A DNA stretch of 64,000 bases from Propionibacteriaceae bacterium. GTDB lineage: Bacteria > Actinomycetota > Actinomycetes > Propionibacteriales > Propionibacteriaceae. The position numbers and the translations under genes are program-made. The stretch spans positions 9,884-73,883 of the forward strand of contig DATDBS010000075.1 of NCBI GenBank assembly GCA_036524735.1, written 5' to 3'. Below, in pieces: positions 46,392 through 59,249 of the stretch; within the stretch, counting starts at the first letter, position 1; every line of letters starts with the position of its first letter. The notes below the pieces were generated by a model. It did not search any database, was not told the DNA's origin, and worked only from the letters and a program-made list of their open reading frames with translations.

Positions 46392-47644
46392 AACTGCAAC
46401 GAACGTCGTCCCTCCTGATCGGATTGCTCACCGCGATCAGCTTCTCGCTGATCGTCGGGGCCGCACCGGCACAGGCGGCCCCGACCACGAACAACTTCGA
46501 CAAGATCGTGGTCAAGGTGGACGTCAGCAAGGGCCGACAGATCTCGGAGGTGACGAAGGCGTACCCGGTCACCCTGGACAGCACACTGCTCGCCTCCCGC
46601 GGCATCTACCTGCTGCGGGCCACCTCGAGTGCGGACAGGGGCAGCCTGACCGCCCTGACCGCACTCGCCGGCCGGGTCGCCGGCAGCACGGCGGTGGTCT
46701 ACTCCGAGCCCAACTACCAGACCAACCTGACCGGAGACCGGTATCACAGCTGGCCGACCGGCCCGCCGCAGCCACGGCCCACCGACTCGAGCTCCTGGCT
46801 GAACCAGCCGATCGTCACGTCGATGAAGATGCGCGAGGCCCGTGCCCTGAGCCAGGGCCTGGGCGTGAGGATCGCCGTGCTGGACACCGGAATCGACCCG
46901 AACCACCCCGCGCTGAAGGGCCGGATCAGGCCCGGGTACGACTACGTCGGCGACGACTCCGACCCGACCGACGTCGCGACCAGGGTCGACACGAGCGGCA
47001 ACGGGCTGGTCGACGAGGCGTACGGGCACGGGACCTTCGTCGCGGGTCTGGCCGCCCTGGTCGCGCCCGATGCCCGGATCATCCCCATGCGGGTGCTGGA
47101 CAGCGACGGCGTCGGCAACGTGTTCGTGGTGGCCCAGGCCATCATGGACGCGGTCAACGCCGGAGCCGGGGTGATCAACATCAGCCTCGGGACCGACGAC
47201 GCGATCGAGTCCAAGACCGTGCGTGACACGATCACCATGGCCCAGTCACGGGGCGTCCTCGTGGTCGCAGCTGCCGGCAACGACGCCAGCACCGCCGCGC
47301 ACTACCCCGCCGCCGACGCCGGGGTGCTGTCCGTGACGGCGACCAGCGGGTCGGCGGTGTCCACCTGGGCCAACCGCGGCAGCTGGGTCAAGGTGGCTGC
47401 CCCCGGCGACTCCGTGGTCGGTCCCGTCCCCGGCGGCGGGTACGCGGCCTGGTCGGGCACCTCGATGGCCACGCCGATCGTCGCCGGACAGCTCGCCTTG
47501 GTCCGGTCCCGGTATCCCACCTGGACCTCGCTCGCCCAGCTCAACGCGGTCACGTCCTCGAGCCGACCCCTGACCGGGGTGACCAACGGCGCCGTCGACC
47601 TGGTGGCCAGCATGAGCAAGCCGGTGCCAGTCATCACCGAGTGA
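46388..47644 (+). CDS. Secreted S8 subtilisin-like serine peptidase
   Basis: GTGA overlap with the CHAT stop; signal peptide ending AQA; propeptide ending YSEPNY; triad VLDTG, GHGTFVAG, SGTSMATP; oxyanion AAAGN. Confidence 0.93.
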   Translation: MKLQRTSSLLIGLLTAISFSLIVGAAPAQAAPTTNNFDKIVVKVDVSKGRQISEVTKAYPVTLDSTLLASRGIYLLRATSSADRGSLTALTALAGRVAGSTAVVYSEPNYQTNLTGDRYHSWPTGPPQPRPTDSSSWLNQPIVTSMKMREARALSQGLGVRIAVLDTGIDPNHPALKGRIRPGYDYVGDDSDPTDVATRVDTSGNGLVDEAYGHGTFVAGLAALVAPDARIIPMRVLDSDGVGNVFVVAQAIMDAVNAGAGVINISLGTDDAIESKTVRDTITMAQSRGVLVVAAAGNDASTAAHYPAADAGVLSVTATSGSAVSTWANRGSWVKVAAPGDSVVGPVPGGGYAAWSGTSMATPIVAGQLALVRSRYPTWTSLAQLNAVTSSSRPLTGVTNGAVDLVASMSKPVPVITE

Positions 47645-47733
47645 GCCGTACGCCAAGTGGTCCGGGCTCTCCGGGATCGATAGGCTGAGCATGTCTCGGG
47701 GACAGAACGCCGTACGGCGATGAGGGAGTTGGC

Positions 47734-48861
47734 GTGAGCAGCATCCGACCACATGACCAGGCGTCCGGTGAAGGGGCATTTCCCTTCGTTCGCAGAGGTT
47801 ACGACCGCAACGCCGTCGACGATTTCGCCCGGATGACGCAGGCTGAGATCAGCGAGCTCCGACGGCACTACGACGCGCTGAACGCCGAGAACCAGCAGCT
47901 CCACGACGCCTTGTCGCAGGCTCACGACCGGGCTCGACAGGTCGACTACTCCGGTTTGGGCGGCCGAGCCCAGGAGATCCTGCGGATCGCCGAGGAGCAG
48001 GCGCGGGACGTCACGCAGCGGGCCGTCCAGGAAGCAGACCAGCTCTCCGAGCACACGCACGAGGAGGTCGATCGGTTGCGGGAGACCGCCACCACCGAGC
48101 TCGCCGAGATTCGCGAGCTGGAGCTCCGCGACCTCGAGGCGTTGCGTCGCCAGGGTGAGCTGGACGCGGCGGAGTTGATCGCGCGGGCCAAGGTGGAGGC
48201 CGACCAGCTGCTGGCCTCGTCGAGGCTCCAGGCCGACGCCGTCCGGAGCGAGGCCGAGGCGGCGGCGACCGGCGTACGCCAGGCCGCGAGCCTGGAGGAG
48301 CAACGCATTCTGGCCACCGCCCAGCGCGAGGCCGCCGCCGTGAGCACGGAGATGAATGTGCGCCGCGAGCAGGTGCTCACCGACCTCAGCCGCACCCAGG
48401 ACGAGGCGAACCAGAACAACCAGGCCATGGTGGCCCGGGCCACCGATCTGCAGCGACAGTCGACCGACCACCTCACGGCCGAGGCCGAGGCGGCTGCGCG
48501 GACGCGCCAGGAGTCACTCGCCGAGGCCGAGCGGGTGAAGGTCGAGGCGGCCGCCGAGGCCGACCGCATCCTGGCTCGGGCCCAGCAGCAGGCGGCGACG
48601 ATCGACGAACGGGCCCGGCAGGAGTTCGCCTGGCGACGCCGTCAGATGCGTCACGAGCAGGACCTGCTCGCCCGGCGCAAGCAGGCGATGCTCAGCCAGC
48701 TGACCTCGCTCAGCGCCTTGGCCGTCGAGACCGCGGAGAGTCTGCCGGATGTGCCGGAGCTCTCCTTGAGCGACTTCGACGACAACCCCGACGACGGCGA
48801 CCAGACCGTGGTCAACCAGACCGTCGGCGACCGTCCGTTGGCCCACGCGACCAAGCCCTGA
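47734..48861 (+). CDS. DivIVA-domain coiled-coil protein (FilP-like, paralog 2)
   Basis: FPFVRRGYDRNAVDDF, YSGLGGRAQEILRIAEEQA, QEFAWRRRQ...SQLTSLSALA; GAGGGAG RBS. Confidence 0.85.
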   Translation: MSSIRPHDQASGEGAFPFVRRGYDRNAVDDFARMTQAEISELRRHYDALNAENQQLHDALSQAHDRARQVDYSGLGGRAQEILRIAEEQARDVTQRAVQEADQLSEHTHEEVDRLRETATTELAEIRELELRDLEALRRQGELDAAELIARAKVEADQLLASSRLQADAVRSEAEAAATGVRQAASLEEQRILATAQREAAAVSTEMNVRREQVLTDLSRTQDEANQNNQAMVARATDLQRQSTDHLTAEAEAAARTRQESLAEAERVKVEAAAEADRILARAQQQAATIDERARQEFAWRRRQMRHEQDLLARRKQAMLSQLTSLSALAVETAESLPDVPELSLSDFDDNPDDGDQTVVNQTVGDRPLAHATKP

Positions 48862-48874
48862 GTACGCCTGCGGG

Positions 48875-49582
48875 TCAGAAGAGCCGCTCGTCGGCCTTGT
48901 CCATGCCCCGCAGCGCGTCGTAGTCCACCGTCACGCAGGTGATGCCGCGGTCGGTGGCGAGCACGCGTGCCTGGGGCTTGATCTGCTGGGCGGCGAACAC
49001 CCCGTGCACCGCGCCGAGGAGCGGGTCTCGGCGCATCAGCTCCAGGTAGCGGGTCAGCTGCTCGACGCCGTCGATCTCACCACGCCGCTTGATCTCGACC
49101 GCGACGTAGGCTCCGTCCGCGTCCCGGCACAGCAGGTCCACCGGACCGATCGGGGTTGGGTGTTCGCGGCGGACCAGGGAGAGACCCGCCCCGATGGTCT
49201 CCGGATGCTCGGCCAGCAGCGCCTGCAGGTGCGCCTCGACGCCGTCCTTCTGCAGGCCCGGGTCGATCCCCAGCTCGTGCGAGGAGTCGTGGAAGACCTC
49301 CCCGATGGAGATCTGCAGGGTGTCACCATCGCGACCCCGGACTTCCCAGAGCGCGGTCAACGGCTCCGGACCGGGCACCGCGTCGAGCTCCGGGGCCGGT
49401 GCGGGCAGCTCGGCGAACGTGCACGGCGGACTCATCCAGTTGAGGGGCTTGTACGCCCGGTCGTCGGCGTGGATGGACACCGACCCGTCGGCCTTGATCA
49501 GGATCAGCCGCTTCGCCATCGGCAGGTGGGCGGTCAGCCGTCCCGCGTAGTCGACCTGACACCGAGCAATCACCAGACGCAC
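48875..49582 (-). CDS. nucS: Mismatch-specific endonuclease NucS/EndoMS
   Basis: [60 protein letters not shown]. Start GTG 49582. Confidence 0.95.
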   Translation of the reverse strand: MRLVIARCQVDYAGRLTAHLPMAKRLILIKADGSVSIHADDRAYKPLNWMSPPCTFAELPAPAPELDAVPGPEPLTALWEVRGRDGDTLQISIGEVFHDSSHELGIDPGLQKDGVEAHLQALLAEHPETIGAGLSLVRREHPTPIGPVDLLCRDADGAYVAVEIKRRGEIDGVEQLTRYLELMRRDPLLGAVHGVFAAQQIKPQARVLATDRGITCVTVDYDALRGMDKADERLF

Positions 49583-49628
49583 CCGGACAACGTACCGGGC
49601 CGGCGTCAGCCCGTGACAAAATCTCCCC

Positions 49629-49901
49629 GTGGTCCGACGTCCGAGCAAGCACCTGCGCGCGGCCCGGCCGTTGGGCTCGGGGCACGCCAGCTCGGCCGAC
49701 AAGCGGGACGGCCGCTGGATCGTCCGGAGCATCGCGGGAGCCGCCGCCCTCAAGTCCTACCGCTGCCCGGGCTGTCAGCAGGCGGTCCTCCCCGGTACGC
49801 CCCACGTGGTCGTCTGGCCGGCCGAGCCCGGGCTGCACGCGGCCTCGGGGGTCGAGGACCGACGCCACTGGCACTCCGGCTGCTGGTCCCGGCGCCCATG
49901 A
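49629..49901 (+). CDS. Small conserved actinobacterial Cys/His protein divergent from nucS
   Basis: [10 protein letters not shown]...PHVVVWP...[10 protein letters not shown], a probable Zn-binding motif. Confidence 0.8.
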   Translation: MVRRPSKHLRAARPLGSGHASSADKRDGRWIVRSIAGAAALKSYRCPGCQQAVLPGTPHVVVWPAEPGLHAASGVEDRRHWHSGCWSRRP

Positions 49902-50683
49902 GCCTGTTCAGCACGCAGGTCGGTGACACCGGCCCGCGGGTGGTCTTCCTGCACGGACTCTTCGGACAGGGCAGGAACTGGACAACCGTGGCCAAGGCGC
50001 TGCAGCCGTACGCGCGGGTCACGCTGGTCGACCTGCCCAACCATGGCCGCTCGGACTGGACCGAGGACTTCGCCTACCCCGAGATGGCGGCCGAGGTCGC
50101 GCACCTGCTCGCGACGCAGGGCGCGGGGGAGCCGTACGCCGTGGTCGGTCACTCGATGGGCGGCAAGGTCGCCATGGCGCTGGCCCTGCAGCACCCCGAG
50201 CTGGTGTCGCAATTGTGCGTCGTCGACGTCTCCCCCGTGCCGACCACCGAGATCAGCAACTTCGCCACCTACGTCGAGGGCATGCGCACGCTCGACCTGC
50301 AGACCTTGCCCGACCGGGTGAGCGCGGACGAGCTGCTGAGGCCCTACGTCCCCCAGGACACCATTCGCAGCTTCCTGCTCCAGAACCTCCGGCGCGAGCT
50401 CGGCGGCTCGGGCTGGCGTTGGCAGATGAACCTTGCCCTCCTCGGGGACCACCTCGACACGATGGGCAGCTGGCCGGACCTGGACCTGCCGCCGTACCCG
50501 GGGTCCGTGCTGTGGTTGGCCGGGTCGGAGTCGCGCTACGTGCGCCGCGAGTACGCCCCCGCCATGCGGGCCCTGTTCCCCAGGGTCCAGCTCGTCACCG
50601 TGAAGGCCGCGGGGCACTGGGTGCACAGCGACCAGCCAGAGGTCTTCGGCGCCACCATGCGGCGGTTTCTGCATCTGGAGTGA
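49898..50683 (+). CDS. Alpha/beta hydrolase, YbfF-like esterase
   Basis: FLHGLFGQGRNW, DLPNHGRS, GHSMGGK, AGHWVHSDQP; ATGA overlap with the upstream gene. Confidence 0.9.
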   Translation: MSLFSTQVGDTGPRVVFLHGLFGQGRNWTTVAKALQPYARVTLVDLPNHGRSDWTEDFAYPEMAAEVAHLLATQGAGEPYAVVGHSMGGKVAMALALQHPELVSQLCVVDVSPVPTTEISNFATYVEGMRTLDLQTLPDRVSADELLRPYVPQDTIRSFLLQNLRRELGGSGWRWQMNLALLGDHLDTMGSWPDLDLPPYPGSVLWLAGSESRYVRREYAPAMRALFPRVQLVTVKAAGHWVHSDQPEVFGATMRRFLHLE

Positions 50684-50776
50684 TCGTGGCCCGGGAAGAG
50701 TGAGAGATTGAGACCCGTGGCCCGTCCGGCGCCACTGAGCACGTCCTCCGCCGACCCGAACCCCGGAGCCGCCCGC

Positions 50777-50911
50777 ATGCTGAAGGTCACCCTCGACGTC
50801 GCCCCCCAGCCGTTCGACTTCGCCCCCGTGGTCCTGGTCCTGCTGCTCGGCGTGATCGTCGCGGCGATCGTCATCTTCGCGCTCCGCTACGTACGAAAGA
50901 ACCGCCGATGA
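50777..50911 (+). CDS. Single-TM micropeptide (44 aa) with a DVAP motif
   Basis: MLKVTL-DVAPQP-FDFAP, TM helix, RYVRKNRR; GGAG upstream; ATGA-coupled to the next ORF. Confidence 0.6.
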   Translation: MLKVTLDVAPQPFDFAPVVLVLLLGVIVAAIVIFALRYVRKNRR

Positions 50912-51129
50912 TGGACCTGTGGATCACCTTCGTCACCCTGATTCCGATGGACGTGGTGCCCCCCAGCCCCGGCGCCCGACCGTCCGCGGGCGGCAACGGG
51001 TTTGCGGCAGCGATCGTCGGCGGGTTCTTCGGCCTGGGCATCTTGATCCTGGCCGCCATCCTGCTGAGCCTCAAGCCCAAGCGGGTCAAGCCGTTCGAGC
51101 GCAACACCCGGCCGCCTACCGACTCGTGA
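50908..51129 (+). CDS. Single-TM small protein (73 aa) with a DVVP motif
   Basis: MMDLWITFVTLIPM-DVVPPSP, TM helix, KPKRVK. Confidence 0.6.
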   Translation: MMDLWITFVTLIPMDVVPPSPGARPSAGGNGFAAAIVGGFFGLGILILAAILLSLKPKRVKPFERNTRPPTDS

Positions 51130-51532
51130 GGACGGGCAGGATCAGCGCTCCAACCAGGACCGAGGCCGCGTTGACGGCGACTGCGGTGAGCAGGGACCAC
51201 GCCAGCCGGGTACGCCGGTCCCCCGGCCCCGACGCCCGACCCACGACCACGGCGATCAGCCCCGCCTCGGTCACCGCCACTCCGAGCTCAGCAGCCATGA
51301 GTTGCCCCACGCCATCGAGCTGGTGCGAGACCGCCCAGAGCACCGGGTGGGTGATCAGGTTCACCGCGACCGTCAGCCCGAATGCGGTCCGGCCCGCCAG
51401 CGGTCCCACCGGCCCCCACCAGCCCAACACCCGGAACGCCAGCAGGTAGGCCGGCACCTCGATGACGCAGGTCAGCGCGAACGCCCACCCGAACCCGTCC
51501 CACCACAGCAGCGGCGACCCGGCGGAGAACAC
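51116..51532 (-). CDS. Uncharacterised ~4-TM membrane protein
   Basis: ALTCVIEVPAY, VNLITHPVLW, AELGVAVTE, VNAASVLVG. Start uncertain (GTG 51532 chosen; track start 51667). Confidence 0.7.
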   Translation of the reverse strand: MFSAGSPLLWWDGFGWAFALTCVIEVPAYLLAFRVLGWWGPVGPLAGRTAFGLTVAVNLITHPVLWAVSHQLDGVGQLMAAELGVAVTEAGLIAVVVGRASGPGDRRTRLAWSLLTAVAVNAASVLVGALILPVLTSR

Positions 51533-51572
51533 AGCGTTCAGTCTGCCGCCTGCCCGTCGTCTCGTCGCCCTG

Positions 51573-52520
51573 ATGCTGGGAGCGGCGATTCTTGCCCTCG
51601 GCGTGGCGCTCCGGGCCCCGCTGGTCGTCACCGTGGTCGGGCTGATCCTGTTCGGGGTGCTCCACAACGTGCTGGAGATCCGCTACGTGGCCGGCCGGTT
51701 CGCCGCGGTGCTCACCGGCCGCTTCCTCGGCCTGCTCCTCCTGCTGACCAGCGGCATCATGATCTGCCGCCTCACCGCGTCGCGATGGCCGTACGGCGCT
51801 CGGCTCGCGGAGGTCGGGGTCGGGTACGCGATCCTCGCGGCCGGCTGCTGGCTCGGGCTGCGCGGGGGCTGGCTCGTGGTCGGATACGTCGTGCTGGCCG
51901 TCGCGGCGTGGGCCTCGTTCTCGTGGCCGGCGTACCACTTCGTCGTCCTGACCCACCTGCACAACCTGGTCCCGCTGATTTTCTTGTGGGACTGGGCCCG
52001 GCGCATCCCGTCGGACCGCTCGCGGTCCGCGTTCCGGATGACCCAGCTGCTCTGGATCGTCGTGGTGCCGATCGTCATCCTGCTGGGCGCCACCGACCGC
52101 TGGATCACCGCCGCGCCCGGGGTGGTGGCCCGCTTCGTCGGCAATGGCCAGCAGGTGATCGCCAGCTCAGCCCCACCAGATGCGTCGGCCCAGCTCGGGT
52201 TGCGCTTCCTCGTCGTGTTCGCGTTCATGCAGACGATGCACTACGTCGTCTGGGTCGGGTTCCTGCCCAAGTTCGCTCCGGACGCGGCCGCGGCCTTCGA
52301 CGCCCGGGTGCCGTGGCTGCGCGGGCGCCGGGCCTGGTACGTCGGCGGGATCGGCGGTGCCTTCTTGGCCGTCCTCTTCGTCAGCGACTACTTTGCGGGT
52401 AAGGCCCTCTACGGCGCCCTGGCCACCTATCACGCGTACCTGGAGTTCCCGGTCCTGCTGGCGCTGGTCATGGCCCCGGGCCTGGTCGGATCCGGTCGGG
52501 CTACTTCCGCGTCGCGGTGA
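51573..52520 (+). CDS. Uncharacterised multi-TM membrane protein with four His motifs
   Basis: GVLHNVLEIRY, THLHNL, QTMHY, YHAYLEFP. Start uncertain (51462-51573). Confidence 0.75.
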   Translation: MLGAAILALGVALRAPLVVTVVGLILFGVLHNVLEIRYVAGRFAAVLTGRFLGLLLLLTSGIMICRLTASRWPYGARLAEVGVGYAILAAGCWLGLRGGWLVVGYVVLAVAAWASFSWPAYHFVVLTHLHNLVPLIFLWDWARRIPSDRSRSAFRMTQLLWIVVVPIVILLGATDRWITAAPGVVARFVGNGQQVIASSAPPDASAQLGLRFLVVFAFMQTMHYVVWVGFLPKFAPDAAAAFDARVPWLRGRRAWYVGGIGGAFLAVLFVSDYFAGKALYGALATYHAYLEFPVLLALVMAPGLVGSGRATSASR

Positions 52521-53256
52521 CGATCTCGGACGGGTTGTTGGGTCGGCCGCCGCCACTCGGGTTGCTGCCGTCCTGGCCCTCGCCGGCCATCGAGGCCACC
52601 ACGTCGCGGGACTCGGAGTCGATCGTGCCGAAGATCGTGTAGTTGGGCGTCTTGTCGAGCCCGGTCGAGTCGTCCCAGATGATGAAGAACTGCGAGCCGT
52701 TCGTGCCCGGGCCGCCGTTGGCCATGGCGACCACCCCGGACGTGTAGCTCTCGGTGCCGTCGGTCTCGTTCGCGAACTGGTAGCCCGGTCCGCCTCCGCC
52801 GGTGCCGGTGGGATCCCCGCACTGCAGGATGAAGATCCCGGAGTCGGCGAGCCGGTGACACTTGGTGGCGTTGAAGTAGCCCTGGTCGGACAGCGACTCG
52901 AACGAGTTGACCGTGCACGGCGCCTTGGCGCGGTCGAGGGTGATGGTCACGTCGCCGTTCGTCATCTTCAGCACGTACGCCACCGTCCCGCTGGTCGGCA
53001 CGCCGCTGGTGGGTGGCAGGCTGACGGGCCTCGCCGCCTCACCGGTCGGGGTGTACTCACACGTTCCACCGGACCCCGCCGAGGCCGCGCCGGTGCGGGT
53101 GGCCTGCGGCGCGGCGAGGCTGGGATCGGTCGAGCTGCGTCCGGTCGGCACCGTCCCGCAGCCGCCGAGCCCGACGGAGCCGATGACGGCGGCGACCAGG
53201 ACGGTGGGCAGGACTGCGAAGGGCCGGCGACGCAGAGCACGATTCACCTCGAACAC
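52501..53256 (-). CDS. Cyclophilin-type peptidyl-prolyl cis-trans isomerase, predicted lipoprotein
   Basis: Lipobox LGGC; APCTVNSF, KCHRL, LQCGDPTGTGGGGPGY, AMANGGPGTNGSQFFI. Confidence 0.92.
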   Translation of the reverse strand: MFEVNRALRRRPFAVLPTVLVAAVIGSVGLGGCGTVPTGRSSTDPSLAAPQATRTGAASAGSGGTCEYTPTGEAARPVSLPPTSGVPTSGTVAYVLKMTNGDVTITLDRAKAPCTVNSFESLSDQGYFNATKCHRLADSGIFILQCGDPTGTGGGGPGYQFANETDGTESYTSGVVAMANGGPGTNGSQFFIIWDDSTGLDKTPNYTIFGTIDSESRDVVASMAGEGQDGSNPSGGGRPNNPSEIVTATRK

Positions 53257-53321
53257 TGTGCCACAAGGCCGTCCGTGATCCCGGCAGCGACGGGCCGGTG
53301 TGGCTGCGTAGGGTGGGATCC

Positions 53322-53996
53322 ATGGTCCGACTCACCCGTATCTACACCCGTACGGGCGACGGGGGCCGTACGCGGCTCTCCGACATGTCCGAAGCCAAGA
53401 AGTCCGATCCGCGGGTCGAGGCCTACGGTGACGTCGACGAGGCGAACTCCGCCCTCGGGGTCGCCCTGGCCAGTGAAGGCATGCCCGGCGAGGTCGCTGC
53501 GGTGCTCAGGGTGATCCAGAACGAGATGTTCGACCTCGGTGCGGACCTGTCCAATCCGTTGCGACCGGCCGCGGACGAGAAATGGCCGGCGCTGCGGGTC
53601 ACCCAGGACTACGTCGATCGTCTCGAAGCGTTGTGCGACCGGTTCGGCGATCCGCTCCCCGCGCTGACGTCGTTCATCCTGCCGGGGGGTTCCATGGCTG
53701 CGGCGCAGCTGCACGTCGCGCGGACCATCGCCCGGCGGGCCGAACGCGCAGCCTGGGTGGCGGTCGAGGCGTACGGCACCGACGCCGTCTCCGACCCCGA
53801 GACCCCCGGTGGCATCAACCTGCCCGCCATCACCTACCTGAACCGGCTCTCCGACCTGTTGTTCATCCTCACCCGCGTGGTGAACGGACTGGACGGCGAC
53901 GTCTTGTGGGTGCCCGGTGGCCAACGCGGCCACGCACCCGTCGACGGGCCTGGCGCCGACGACGCCAACCCCACCGACGAAGAGCAACCCGCGTGA
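53322..53996 (+). CDS. PduO-type ATP:cob(I)alamin adenosyltransferase
   Basis: RIYTRTGDGG, EAYGDVDEANS, IQNEMFDLGADL, FILPGG, RRAER, YLNRLSDLLF. ATG 53322. Confidence 0.93.
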   Translation: MVRLTRIYTRTGDGGRTRLSDMSEAKKSDPRVEAYGDVDEANSALGVALASEGMPGEVAAVLRVIQNEMFDLGADLSNPLRPAADEKWPALRVTQDYVDRLEALCDRFGDPLPALTSFILPGGSMAAAQLHVARTIARRAERAAWVAVEAYGTDAVSDPETPGGINLPAITYLNRLSDLLFILTRVVNGLDGDVLWVPGGQRGHAPVDGPGADDANPTDEEQPA

Positions 53997-54152
53997 GCAG
54001 TGTCGCTCCCGGTCTGGGTGGAGCCACCGGACAGGCGACGCCATCGACCACGTCGACGGCAAGGACATCTTGGTCCGGATGAACAACGGCCGCAGCGGCC
54101 GGCTCGGGTCGCACCTGCCCTGAGGGCGAAATGTGGGAGAGGTCGCGCTGAT

Positions 54153-54614
54153 CTAGTCGGTACGGCCGGCGCCGGGCGGGGCGGCCTCGAGCCAGCTGAG
54201 CAGGCCCGTGAGCGAGTCCTGACTCATCGCCAGCTCACGCTCCTCGGCCGGCCGCTCCGTAGTGGTCTCGACCGTGATCACCCGCTGGTCCGTGCCCAGG
54301 GCGACGGACTCGACGACATCGGGATCACGGGTCCCCAACACCCGTACGTCCGACCGTGGCAGCGTCAACCGCGGCCGCGGCGAGTACGAGAAGAAGCGGA
54401 ACCACTCGAGCAGACCCTGGTTGTACCGCGCGACTCCGAGCGCCCAACCGGTGCCCGGCGTCGCCGTCTGCAGCCGCAGGCTGCATTCGAACGTGCCGCC
54501 TTGGCGGGCGAGCCAGCGCTGACGCGCAGCGAGCAGACCCAGACCTACGGCGACCAGCAGCACCAAGATCCCGAGGATCTCGATGACCCCCAGCCAACCG
54601 TGCATCCCCGTCAC
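54153..54614 (-). CDS. DUF2550 family membrane protein
   Basis: TM helix, then GGTFECSLR...GWALGVARY...GLLSWLEAAPPG; the usual position after atpC. Confidence 0.85.
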   Translation of the reverse strand: MTGMHGWLGVIEILGILVLLVAVGLGLLAARQRWLARQGGTFECSLRLQTATPGTGWALGVARYNQGLLEWFRFFSYSPRPRLTLPRSDVRVLGTRDPDVVESVALGTDQRVITVETTTERPAEERELAMSQDSLTGLLSWLEAAPPGAGRTD

Positions 54615-54655
54615 AGCTCCTTGCGCAGTTCTAGCCCAGGTGGTTGGGAGCGACC

Positions 54656-55057
54656 CTACTGCGCTTTCTGCGCTGCACGAAGTTGAGCGGTGGCACGGAG
54701 GAAGTGCTGCTTGTCCTCGTCGGTGCCGTCGCCCGCGTCGAGCACGCGCTGGGCTTCGGCCAACTCCTTCTCGGCCTGGGAGACCGAGACCTCTGAGGCC
54801 ATCCGGGCGTACTCACTGAGGATCGACACCCGACCCTGCGAGACGGAGATGAAGCCGCCGTCGACGGCCACGATCTCGCGAGTACCGTCGTCACTGAAGA
54901 TGACCACCGCGCTGGGCTCCAGCACCGCCAGCACCGGGGAGTGACCCGGCAGGATGCCGATATCACCATCACTGGTCTTGGCGATGACGTTGACGGACCG
55001 CCCGGACCAGACCACCCGATCGGCGGAGACGACCTCCACCTGCATGGCGTCAGCCAC
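54656..55057 (-). CDS. atpC: ATP synthase epsilon subunit
   Basis: VVSADRVVWSG, GDIGILPGHSP, VDGGFISV. Confidence 0.95.
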   Translation of the reverse strand: MADAMQVEVVSADRVVWSGRSVNVIAKTSDGDIGILPGHSPVLAVLEPSAVVIFSDDGTREIVAVDGGFISVSQGRVSILSEYARMASEVSVSQAEKELAEAQRVLDAGDGTDEDKQHFLRATAQLRAAQKAQ

Positions 55058-55111
55058 GATGCTCCTCGGAGATGCTCAGTGGGGGTGTCCCCCCCGAAAT
55101 GGACCGAACCA

Positions 55112-57530
<2,419 letters not shown>

Positions 57531-57534
57531 GGGA

Positions 57535-59172
<1,638 letters not shown>

Positions 59173-59249
59173 CGCCTGTGATTCCTGCTCTCGTATCTGA
59201 GTGTGGTGCTGTGAGTTCTGGGGTCAAGCTGTTCGGGCCGGAAACGCGC

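Noticed and set aside
53997-54152. Short ORF fragments between the adenosyltransferase and DUF2550 genes
   Set aside because: No convincing start, RBS or motif.
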